Shown here: positions 8,620-16,515 of the stretch, piece after piece
How positions within the stretch are numbered: position 1 is the first letter of the stretch
Layout of the letters: the number at the start of each line of letters is the position of its first letter
Made by a program: the position numbers and the translations under genes
The notes under the pieces: generated by a model
Database searches by the model: none
What the model saw: the letters and a program-made list of their open reading frames with translations, nothing else
What the model was told of the DNA's origin: nothing
Assembly: GCA_001695645.1 (NCBI GenBank)
Contig: LVZN01000011.1
Location: 15,751 to 47,750 of the forward strand
Reading direction: 5' to 3'
From: Erysipelotrichaceae bacterium MTC7
GTDB lineage: Bacteria > Bacillota_I > Bacilli_A > Erysipelotrichales > Erysipelotrichaceae
DNA length: 32,000 nt

Positions 8620-9688
8620 GTGGGTCTTTAAATGGATTCACACATGTATCAATACCAATGTCTTTTGCCCCCTTAGCTGCAACAAATTGACAAGGTACTG
8701 TGTAAGCAATTGGTGCTAAATATTTGTTTGCTTTATATGTGAATTTTACATCGCGTGCATCTGTTTGCGTATCTTGACAAGTAATCAAATGTACTCTAGG
8801 TGTGTACTTTTTAAATACTTCTCTAAAATGTAACATGCGTTCGTATTCTTTATCATCTGAACCAAACATAATGATTGTTTGTTTGTCTGTTAATCCCATT
8901 GTTGGTCCATGAACAAACTCTTCCATCTCATAACCAATCGTTGGTATACGTAACATTTCTCCAATTTTCAACATTCCTTCCAAAGCTGATCCAAAGTCCA
9001 CTCCATATCCTAAAACAAAGATGCGATCACTGTTTACGATAGTTGTTTTATTTGCTTCATACCATGCTTCACTTTCTTCGATAACTGATTGAAAGTTTGC
9101 TGTAAAATCATCAACTTCTGCTAGCGCATGTTTATATGTTTCATCATCATACACACCCCAACTGTGTGCTGTTGCAATAGCCCACATATATAAAGTTAGT
9201 AACGTAACCGTATATCCTCTTGTTTCTGGTGGAGTTAATTCTTTTCCACAAAGTAGGTCGATAACTGTATCTACGTGTTTTGTGATTTCACTATCTAATG
9301 CTTCTGTTAGAGCAATGGTTTGATATCCTTGTTCTTTCGCATATTTCATCACATTTACTGTTGAAATTGATGTTCCTGATTGACTAATCCCCACAAATAG
9401 AATTTCATCATTTTCTAATGTATATGTCCAATCTGCTTTTTCATAGTTTTCAAATACGGTTGGGTACTCTGCACGTGCATCGATACCAACAATATGCTTG
9501 AAATAATATGAAGCGACAACTGCAGCATTGTAACTAGTTCCTGAACCAAAGAACAGAATCTTTTTTACTTTTTTATCTGCTAGTTTATTTACAAATGGTA
9601 CTGTATATACCTCGTGATCTTTAAACGCCGCTTGTAACGCTCTAGGTTGATCTTTCATATAACCTAATACTGTTGCTTTTTCCATCAT
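8603..9688 (-). CDS. Double-SIS-domain sugar-phosphate deglycase/isomerase-deaminase (FrlB/GfrF/AgaS/GlmS-C-terminal-like)
   Basis: 361 aa; FFGSGTSYNAA and GISQSGTSISTV SIS motifs in the first half and a second SIS-like half. RBS GAGAGGG. Confidence 0.8.
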   Translation of the reverse strand: MMEKATVLGYMKDQPRALQAAFKDHEVYTVPFVNKLADKKVKKILFFGSGTSYNAAVVASYYFKHIVGIDARAEYPTVFENYEKADWTYTLENDEILFVGISQSGTSISTVNVMKYAKEQGYQTIALTEALDSEITKHVDTVIDLLCGKELTPPETRGYTVTLLTLYMWAIATAHSWGVYDDETYKHALAEVDDFTANFQSVIEESEAWYEANKTTIVNSDRIFVLGYGVDFGSALEGMLKIGEMLRIPTIGYEMEEFVHGPTMGLTDKQTIIMFGSDDKEYERMLHFREVFKKYTPRVHLITCQDTQTDARDVKFTYKANKYLAPIAYTVPCQFVAAKGAKDIGIDTCVNPFKDPLAHFE

Positions 9689-9700
9689 TTGAACCCTCTC

Positions 9701-10183
9701 TTATTTCTTAAAGTCTTCTGTTATTTCTTCTCTTGGTTCACTTGGAACCATTTGTGAGAATACTTTCACCCCATATGTGTTGACTAATTCTTCAAAGTCC
9801 GCTTTTTCTTCAGGACTTACAAAGACCGTTTTCTTTATTTGTTTTGCATCATCTTTGGTTGACATATTACCAATAGTGATTTCGTTAACTACATATCCGT
9901 TTTTTGCCATTTCTAAAATTGGTTTTGGGCGATTACAAAGAATCAACACACGAATTCCTTCATCGATTTTACGGATAAATTTATCTGCTGCTTTCTCTGG
10001 TGAAAAGATTGAAAGCTTACTTCTTGCTGGTGTACCAAACTTCAATGCAGTTTTTCTTGCTTCATCATTCACAATAACATCATCAACAATTGCAATTCTT
10101 TCTACATTAAAATGTGGAATCCAAAATCCTACTACTTGACCGTGTATCAAACGATCATCAATGCGTACATCTACGATTGCCAT
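9701..10183 (-). CDS. PTS mannose-family EIIB
   Basis: MAIVDVRIDDRLIHGQVVGFW, the diagnostic EIIB-Man phospho-His motif. RBS AAGGAG. Confidence 0.9.
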   Translation of the reverse strand: MAIVDVRIDDRLIHGQVVGFWIPHFNVERIAIVDDVIVNDEARKTALKFGTPARSKLSIFSPEKAADKFIRKIDEGIRVLILCNRPKPILEMAKNGYVVNEITIGNMSTKDDAKQIKKTVFVSPEEKADFEELVNTYGVKVFSQMVPSEPREEITEDFKK

Positions 10184-10195
10184 AATATCTCCTTC

Positions 10196-11029
10196 TTATA
10201 AAATTCCTACAACTCCACAAATGAATCCAACAACACAGATTCCAAAAATAATTTTCATTACGCCAATTTTTTTGCGTAGACATCCATAAATCGTTAGTGT
10301 TGCAAGTAGTGGTAATAACTTAGGAACGATTTGATCTAAGTATTCTTGTAAGACGATTTCACTACCAGAGATCGTAAAGGCCAATGGTGAAGTAATATCT
10401 ACCCAAGAAGCGATCATACATCCAATAGCTGCTGCCCCAACAATACCCGCACAGAATGTAAATAATTCCATTTTTCCGCTAGATTCTAAATCATTTAATA
10501 ATTGACTACCATTTTTATATCCAAGTTTTAAACCAAACCAACGTGTTGCAAAGTTTGGAATATTGAATAATAGTAACAACATAATTGGTCCTAATGCATT
10601 TCCATCTTGAGCAAATGATACCCCGATCGCACAAGCGATAATTCTAAAAATACCCCAGAAGAATGTATCTCCAATTCCACTAAGTGGTCCCATTAAAGCA
10701 ACCTTAATTGAGTTAATTGTTGTTACATCAAAGTCTTCATCTTTTTTTGCTAACTCTTCCATTGCAATAGTAATTCCCATTACAAATGGTGCAGGTGCAA
10801 CTGTCATGTTGAAAGCTGCAATATGTCTATGACAAGCGGCTTTTAAACCTTCTTCATCATCTTTGTATATTTTTTTTAAAGCTGGAAGCATGGCATATAA
10901 ATATCCAAGACCTTCCATACGTTCATAGTTGAAAGAACCTAGTAAGGTAAATGAACGCCAGAAAATTGAACGAAAATCTTTTTTGGTAATGTTGTTTTCA
11001 ACACTGATTAGATCTGTATTCTTTGCCAT
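10196..11029 (-). CDS. PTS mannose-family EIID
   Basis: FWRSFTLLGSFNYERMEGLGYLYAMLP is typical EIID. Start at ATG 11029 (MAKNTD) preceded by GGGAGG. Confidence 0.9.
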   Translation of the reverse strand: MAKNTDLISVENNITKKDFRSIFWRSFTLLGSFNYERMEGLGYLYAMLPALKKIYKDDEEGLKAACHRHIAAFNMTVAPAPFVMGITIAMEELAKKDEDFDVTTINSIKVALMGPLSGIGDTFFWGIFRIIACAIGVSFAQDGNALGPIMLLLLFNIPNFATRWFGLKLGYKNGSQLLNDLESSGKMELFTFCAGIVGAAAIGCMIASWVDITSPLAFTISGSEIVLQEYLDQIVPKLLPLLATLTIYGCLRKKIGVMKIIFGICVVGFICGVVGIL

Positions 11030-11031
11030 AA

Positions 11032-11814
11032 TTAATCCTCCCATTCATCAACAACGTTTTGTTGAACTGCTGCAGGACTCTTTTGTTGTCCTGAACGAAG
11101 TAGAAATACCACCCATGCTATTGCAACCGCAATTGCTGTTACTGCTACCATTGTTAATTCTGTATATGCTGCAATCACGAATCCAATAACAAAGAAAGGA
11201 ATTAAATCTCTTTCCATGATAATGTTCATCAACAATGCAAATCCCATTGCAGGTAAGATTGAAGCAATTGCTTGTAATCCATTGTTTGCCCACTCAGGTA
11301 ATCCATTAACGATACTGTTAATCGCATCATTTCCAAAGTACATTACGATGAATGTCAAACCAAAATACAACAAGAATGTAAAGAATCCACATAAGTAGTG
11401 AATACTAATTGCACCTTTTAAATTTCCTTCATCAATTTTACGATCAGCTACAACCATCAATCCAGAGAATGCAGTTAATAGTAATGTGTTTAAGAATTGC
11501 ATAATTACTGCAACTGGTAAAGCAAATACAATTGCTGCTTCTGCCCCTTTCCCAGTCATAATTGCTACTGCAGCTCCAATTGTACCCCCTGTACCAATAT
11601 CGAGTTGAGCAGTTGGTCCAATTCCTGTTGCTCCCATCCACATCATTTGTAAAGCGGCACCAATCATTAATCCTTTTTCAACATCTCCAAGGATCATCCC
11701 TACTAGAAATCCGGTAATTACTGGTTCACGAAACTTCGCTTCACCAAGCCAACCACCTTCGAGTTGCGTCAATGCGGCCACACAACCAATTAATACTGCT
11801 TGAATTAGTGTCAT
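11032..11814 (-). CDS. PTS mannose-family EIIC
   Basis: 260-aa polytopic protein with a Gly-rich EIIC-Man pattern (GATGIGPTAQLDIGTGGTIGAA). RBS GAGGAGG. Confidence 0.9.
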   Translation of the reverse strand: MTLIQAVLIGCVAALTQLEGGWLGEAKFREPVITGFLVGMILGDVEKGLMIGAALQMMWMGATGIGPTAQLDIGTGGTIGAAVAIMTGKGAEAAIVFALPVAVIMQFLNTLLLTAFSGLMVVADRKIDEGNLKGAISIHYLCGFFTFLLYFGLTFIVMYFGNDAINSIVNGLPEWANNGLQAIASILPAMGFALLMNIIMERDLIPFFVIGFVIAAYTELTMVAVTAIAVAIAWVVFLLRSGQQKSPAAVQQNVVDEWED

Positions 11815-11853
11815 ACGTTTTCCTCCTCGTACATAACATGAAACACTGTGTTC

Positions 11854-11887
11854 ACAAATTGGTATATATTGGTATACCCTATATACC
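11854..11887 (-). promoter_or_regulatory. Putative GntR/HutC operator in the PTS operon promoter
   Basis: ACAAATTGGTATAT (11854-11867) is identical to 13294-13307. GGTATA-N15-TATACC (11861-11887) has the same geometry as the second site, with an internal GGTATACC palindrome (11871-11878). It lies 47-73 nt upstream of the IIC ATG. Confidence 0.6.
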
Positions 11888-11996
11888 TTTGATAATTAAT
11901 ATATACCACTATTTTTATTATATGACAAGTAAAAATGTGAAATTTTTGTGATTTTTAACGCAAATCATAAAAAACCAGCTAGATTTCTCTAACTGG

Positions 11997-12740
11997 CTAT
12001 CGTGTTTCATTGTTTTTTGCTTTTCTTGTAACATACCGAAATGATGTATATTCCGGTAAATGATAGGAAATGGTATACTCGATTAACCGATGGTCTTTAT
12101 CAAACCCAAAGTAGTCAAATAAGAATACATTTCGTGGTTTTTCTTCATGAAATAGTGATACATACATATCTGGTATTTTTGCAATTTTCAAATAAGAAAC
12201 AAGTTTGGAAGGACGATGTCCTTGTTCCTCCATATAATCATACAGAGACTCATCAACAAAATCAAAACGCTCTGCGTCTTTAAATAAATTACATGGAAAA
12301 TATGCTTTTTGTAAGGCATAAGGATTTCCGTTGATAAGCGACAACCGTACCAATTCGTATACAAATGCACTAGTTGGGAAGAAGTCATGCAATTCTTCTG
12401 TAGTTTTTATCTTTTGAAAAGATATAATTTCTCTTGATGGATGTAGACCTTTTTGGCGTATTTGACGCGTTAAACTAATAAGTTCATTTTCTCCAAGTTC
12501 AATCTTGCGGCTAACTACCGGAATCCCGCTGACAAAGGTTCCCCGACCTACTTCAGCTGATAGTATACGCTCTTGTTCTAGCAGTTTTATTGCTTTTCTA
12601 ACAGTCATGCGATTGATGCCGTATTGTACAGACATCATTCTTTCGCTTGGCAATCGATCGCCTAATGCAAGTTCACCATCCAATATCTTACTTTTAATAT
12701 TATCGGCCAATTGCTCATATAACGTACTTGGTTTATTCAT
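11997..12740 (-). CDS. GntR/HutC-family transcriptional regulator (wHTH + UTRA)
   Basis: N-terminal LPSERMMSVQYGINRMTVRKAIKLLEQERIL (GntR wHTH) followed by a UTRA-type effector domain. Confidence 0.9.
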   Translation of the reverse strand: MNKPSTLYEQLADNIKSKILDGELALGDRLPSERMMSVQYGINRMTVRKAIKLLEQERILSAEVGRGTFVSGIPVVSRKIELGENELISLTRQIRQKGLHPSREIISFQKIKTTEELHDFFPTSAFVYELVRLSLINGNPYALQKAYFPCNLFKDAERFDFVDESLYDYMEEQGHRPSKLVSYLKIAKIPDMYVSLFHEEKPRNVFLFDYFGFDKDHRLIEYTISYHLPEYTSFRYVTRKAKNNETR

Positions 12741-13257
12741 ATGGCATCACACTCCGAAAGCGATAAAAACTCGGTATCGCAATTAACTCAAAATACTCTA
12801 GTGGTGAAACATCATTGTCTGTATATGCTTTCCCTTTAATGAGTAATACTTCATTATCATCTTCTTGCAGTTCTAGAATCTCTTTCTCTTCTTCATTGGC
12901 TTCAACAATGAAAATCTCTTCTTCGCTTTTTGTGCTTTCTAATCCGTAAAGTTCTTTAATTTTGTCATAAAATGATTGATCTGTAAAATCGTGTTTCTCT
13001 ATCCCCGGTACTTTACGATAGTCGACATACGTCGTTTCAATGGATCGTGGTTTCCCTTCAACGATACGGATCTTCTTTAAGCAAAATACTTTTGATGCCA
13101 AGCTTAAACCCAACTGTTTACTAATCCGTCGATTGGCTTCTTGTACTTCACATATAAGAATTTTATAAGAGAAATGTAATCCTTGCGCTCGTATAGCATG
13201 CGTTACAGAGGAAAACTTATCCAACTCTTTTACTATATGTACATCTTCCATGTTCAT
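12733..13257 (-). CDS. Stand-alone UTRA-domain protein (GntR/HutC effector domain without DNA-binding domain)
   Basis: 174 aa. RBS AAGGAGG before ATG 13257. The sequence aligns by eye with the C-terminal UTRA half of HutC regulators (…KIRIVEGKPRSIETTYVDYRKVPGIE…) but has no wHTH. It overlaps the downstream GntR start by 8 nt. Confidence 0.65.
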   Translation of the reverse strand: MNMEDVHIVKELDKFSSVTHAIRAQGLHFSYKILICEVQEANRRISKQLGLSLASKVFCLKKIRIVEGKPRSIETTYVDYRKVPGIEKHDFTDQSFYDKIKELYGLESTKSEEEIFIVEANEEEKEILELQEDDNEVLLIKGKAYTDNDVSPLEYFELIAIPSFYRFRSVMPYE

Positions 13258-13293
13258 AAATGCCTCCTTTTCTTTGATTATATCACGAACTTT

Positions 13294-13335
13294 ACAAATT
13301 GGTATATGTGTAAATATACTCTATACCAATATTGG
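13294..13335 (-). promoter_or_regulatory. Putative GntR/HutC operator upstream of the UTRA/GntR genes
   Basis: ACAAATTGGTATAT (13294-13307). Inverted repeat ATTGGTATA (13298-13306) - N15 - TATACCAAT (13322-13330), plus the 10-bp palindrome CCAATATTGG (13326-13335). Confidence 0.6.
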
Positions 13336-13465
13336 ATATTTATAAAATTTATGTGACAAGAACAAGTAATGTTGATACACTTTCCGGGTCACATAAAAGG
13401 ATATAATTTTAAAAAAATGTTAATATAATATCGGAATGATTCTTAATTCCTAGGAGGGTATATAT

Positions 13466-13702
13466 ATGAATAGCAATAAAGCAGATAACTTAGTCACAAT
13501 GATCGACGGATATGCACAAAGTGGTGGTCACCATTTAAATGTTAACGTGTTTAATCGTGAAACACTTTTAGATGCACAACAACATCCAGAAAAATATCCA
13601 CAACTGACAATTCGTGTATCGGGATATGCAGTGAATTTCAATAAGTTGAGCAAAGAACAACAAGATGACGTTATTCACCGTACGATGCACAACGCCATGT
13701 AA
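13466..13702 (+). CDS. grcA: Autonomous glycyl-radical cofactor (GrcA/YfiD-like spare-part protein), 78 aa
   Basis: [54 protein letters not shown] matches the C-terminal glycyl-radical domain of pyruvate formate-lyase, including the RVSGYAV fingerprint. It has its own RBS (AGGAGGG). Confidence 0.85.
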   Translation: MNSNKADNLVTMIDGYAQSGGHHLNVNVFNRETLLDAQQHPEKYPQLTIRVSGYAVNFNKLSKEQQDDVIHRTMHNAM

Positions 13703-13712
13703 TCTATGTAAA

Positions 13713-13741
13713 CTGTGTCCACAACTGTGGGCACTTTTTTT
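13713..13741 (+). terminator. Terminator after grcA
   Basis: GTGTCC-loop-GGGCAC hairpin followed by TTTTTTT. Confidence 0.65.
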
Positions 13742-13746
13742 ATAAC

Positions 13747-13788
13747 AAACACCCTCTATTCGCACATCTTGCTTCCTAGAGGGTGTTT
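13747..13788. terminator. Second hairpin between convergent genes
   Basis: 12-bp perfect stem AAACACCCTCTA / TAGAGGGTGTTT with an 18-nt loop, directly downstream of the stop (13796) of the minus-strand surface protein gene. Confidence 0.6.
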
Positions 13789-13795
13789 TATATCT

Positions 13796-16366
13796 TTATT
13801 TGTGGTGTTTTGTCTTTTTCATCAGTTCGTAGCTACCAACGATAGCTGCACTTACCATAATTAGAATCAAAAGATTCATCGGATCGTTATGCACAAAACC
13901 AGTGATTGGTCCCGTACCAGGATCCACCGCGTCGTCATCAGGAGTCTTAGGTGTTTGTGGCACTTCAGGTGTCACTGTCCCAGGGGTTTCTCCTGGGTCA
14001 GGATTTGGCACATTCGGCTCAACTTGATTGGTTTCAACCGTATTCATAATTTCCACAACACTGTCAGATGTGATTGTCACAAACGATGTGTCATAGTCAT
14101 GTTCACCACTACCTGTATCAGCGGTATAACTTGTTTTGAATCCATCAGATGGCACTTGAACAACCTTAACTTGATAATTTTCTGGAATGGATGTAATCAC
14201 AATTGGTTCATCACTTGGTTTTAAAGTGAAGGTGATCATTCCATTTGCATCAGCAATCACCACTTGTCCATTTGCTAAGGTAACATATCCGGTCACAGGG
14301 TTTCCAGTTTCATCTTTTAGATACACTTGGATGTTGTAGCTATGGTCAGTTAGTGTGGGATTGCTGCTATCTGTTACTTCAGCAATGGTTAATGTATGAT
14401 TACTTACCACTGGAACATCTTTCCAGACTGCATCAATATGCAACACTTTGGCACCTGATATTTCCTGTAGAATAACTCCTTCTGGTAACGTATTTAAATT
14501 AAGTGTCTTTGTTACATCTACCCCAGGTTTGCTTGGGTCATTGTCTACTCGATACACAAATTTCACAAAGTCACTTCCTGGAAACTCAAATCCAACTTCC
14601 TTTATTGTAAGAATTGGTACGGTTGGCAACACTTCTTCTTCTGAATTTGTAACTGTATATGTAAACACTTGTGATTTTGTTGCTTCAAGAACTGCTGGAT
14701 TTCGTCCATGATATTTCACAATGATGGTTTTTGTCGTAATTGTTTCCTCTTCATCAAAGTTAATGTCCCAACTGTTCAAAGGGCTTTTTTGATATGCTTC
14801 TGTCACTCCACTTTGATCTGGTGATACGCCAGCAACTTCAAGTGGGATGTATTCTCGATATTTTTCAATGGCATTATTTGGTGTGAATTTAATATCTGCG
14901 ATATTATTTGCAAACGTTGTATCTCCAGCAATGTGCATGCGTGTATACATATTGTAAACTTCACCATCTATTTCTACTTCTGGATTGACATAAATCGCGC
15001 CTCCATCACCTTTATTTTCTGCTGAAGTTTTTGAATAGTTAGTTGTTGCTGTATTGTTGGTAAACGAACTACTACCATCAATAGTTACACTAGTTGCGCT
15101 ATCGATATACATCGCACCACCAAATTCTGCTTGACCACCATCAATAGAAAGACCGGTTGCTTTAAACACCGTATTCCCCGTGATGTAGATTCCTCCTCCA
15201 TAGGTTGCATTTTCTGTACTTGCAGATATATCACCTGAAGTTAATGCACTTTCTAGCTTTGAATCATGTATCGTAAAGTTCGAATCAACAATCATCATCG
15301 CTCCACCTTTAAATCCGATAGCCGGTGCAAGATGTGTACTTTTATTGTCGATGAATTTTGAGTTACTAATGCTCACATCTGATAATTTTGCATAAATGGA
15401 TCCACCAGATCCGCTGGCATGCGCATCACTGGTTTGCAAACCATCAATGTCCATTGACGTATTGATTACATGGAAATCTCCACCAGAAAGTGATGAATTA
15501 CTGTTTTCAATATTTATTTCTTTGATGCGAATCTGTGGAGTCGTTACTCCACTACGATTCAAATCACTATTATCAATGTAGAATACTCCACCGTTTCCAC
15601 TTGTTGCTATATTGGAAACCCTCATGTTTTCTAAACGAGCCGTAACATCCTTAAAGAAAAAAGCTCCATTGAAAGTTGCGGTTGTCGTATCTACAGTACT
15701 GTTTGCAATCTGGATATTATAGCTTCCAGCAGCAAGATCACTATACGACTTGCTATTGTCATAATAGATTGCAGAACCATGTCCACCATAGGTTGGAGTT
15801 GTTGCTTTTGTTTTGCGGAAACTCACCGTATCCAATTGAAGTTTTGCATTGTCATATGCTTCAATCGCTCCACCAAGCTTAGCGACTGTTTGATTGAACG
15901 TAACATTGTTTAATTCCAGTGATCCACCAGAGACATTTATCCCTCCGCTGTAGGAACTTGGGTCAGCAACATTGGCATCTCCAGTTAAAACGATTGTTCT
16001 ATCACTTGTCCCAAGTAGATGTAAACTTCCGTTTTTCGTCACGTAAAAGTGTCGTTTTCCAGGTACGGCTTTTAGTGTCAAGTTGAGTGCATCGGAAGCG
16101 TTTCGTATACTCACATCATGGTCAATCGTAATCGTCTCTTGTATTGGATTATAGAACATATCATTACTTGTAATTGCGATATTTTGTGCTCCAGATGCAA
16201 CTGCATTTTTTAGTTCTTCATAACTTGCTACAGATACCTCTGCCGCTGCGCTTACAACGGTGTTTCTTACGTTTGTTTGGGGATAGCTAAACCCTGATAA
16301 AAAGGCAAATACCAAAGCAGTTGCCACAAACAAACGCACACCTTTTCTTTTTTGTGAATATTTCAT
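13796..16366 (-). CDS. Secreted surface protein: signal peptide, Pmp-type (GGAI) right-handed beta-helix repeats, Ig-like (Cna-B/SpaA-like) domains, Pro-rich stalk, C-terminal TM anchor
   Basis: N-terminal signal peptide. Repeated GGAIEAY, GSAIYYD, GGVFYID, GGSIYAK, GGGIYIT, GGAMYID and GGAIYVN motifs. C-terminus EPNVPNPDPGETPGTVTPEVPQTPKTPDDDAVDPGTGPITGF...LLILIMVSAAIVGSYELMKKTKHHK. Confidence 0.8.
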   Translation of the reverse strand: MKYSQKRKGVRLFVATALVFAFLSGFSYPQTNVRNTVVSAAAEVSVASYEELKNAVASGAQNIAITSNDMFYNPIQETITIDHDVSIRNASDALNLTLKAVPGKRHFYVTKNGSLHLLGTSDRTIVLTGDANVADPSSYSGGINVSGGSLELNNVTFNQTVAKLGGAIEAYDNAKLQLDTVSFRKTKATTPTYGGHGSAIYYDNSKSYSDLAAGSYNIQIANSTVDTTTATFNGAFFFKDVTARLENMRVSNIATSGNGGVFYIDNSDLNRSGVTTPQIRIKEINIENSNSSLSGGDFHVINTSMDIDGLQTSDAHASGSGGSIYAKLSDVSISNSKFIDNKSTHLAPAIGFKGGAMMIVDSNFTIHDSKLESALTSGDISASTENATYGGGIYITGNTVFKATGLSIDGGQAEFGGAMYIDSATSVTIDGSSSFTNNTATTNYSKTSAENKGDGGAIYVNPEVEIDGEVYNMYTRMHIAGDTTFANNIADIKFTPNNAIEKYREYIPLEVAGVSPDQSGVTEAYQKSPLNSWDINFDEEETITTKTIIVKYHGRNPAVLEATKSQVFTYTVTNSEEEVLPTVPILTIKEVGFEFPGSDFVKFVYRVDNDPSKPGVDVTKTLNLNTLPEGVILQEISGAKVLHIDAVWKDVPVVSNHTLTIAEVTDSSNPTLTDHSYNIQVYLKDETGNPVTGYVTLANGQVVIADANGMITFTLKPSDEPIVITSIPENYQVKVVQVPSDGFKTSYTADTGSGEHDYDTSFVTITSDSVVEIMNTVETNQVEPNVPNPDPGETPGTVTPEVPQTPKTPDDDAVDPGTGPITGFVHNDPMNLLILIMVSAAIVGSYELMKKTKHHK

Positions 16367-16480
16367 ATATCATCAACTCCCATCTTCTAGTTTAAACTTA
16401 ACACCAATGTAACTATACGGCAATTAAAACGACCAATACTGTTTGGTAACATATAACGATTTTACATACTTTTATATGAG

Positions 16481-16515
16481 AAAAAAACAGTCACTGGTTA
16501 TGCAGTGACTGTTTT
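16481..16515 (-). terminator. Strong rho-independent terminator of the RR-HK-GNAT operon
   Basis: 11-bp perfect stem AACAGTCACTG / CAGTGACTGTT with a 6-nt loop, followed on the minus strand by TTTTTTT. It abuts the GNAT stop codon. Confidence 0.85.

Noticed and set aside
11839-11854. TGAAACACTGTGTTCA, a cre-like (CcpA) site in the PTS leader
   Set aside because: Only the outer TGAA/TTCA match. The central CG of the cre consensus is missing and the internal symmetry is poor.
7291-12786. Nested or antisense ORFs in the PTS/GntR region (7291-7500, 7312-7524, 8396-8596, 9777-10139, 10929-11189, 11048-11293, 11216-11398, 11444-11641, 12041-12283, 12188-12388, 12505-12786)
   Set aside because: All lie within confidently assigned genes and look like frame shadows (Ser/Cys/Asn-rich, no RBS).
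13351-13394. 7-bp inverted repeat ATGTGAC ... GTCACAT, 30 nt apart, upstream of grcA (possible FNR/Rex-type site)
   Set aside because: The spacing and half-sites do not match the FNR (TTGAT-N4-ATCAA) or Rex consensus, and the repeat is short enough to arise by chance in AT-rich DNA.
13568-15882. ORFs antisense to grcA and the adhesin gene (13568-13765, 13889-14224, 14448-14711, 15396-15581, 15676-15882)
   Set aside because: Antisense shadows of repeat-rich coding sequence; no translation signals.
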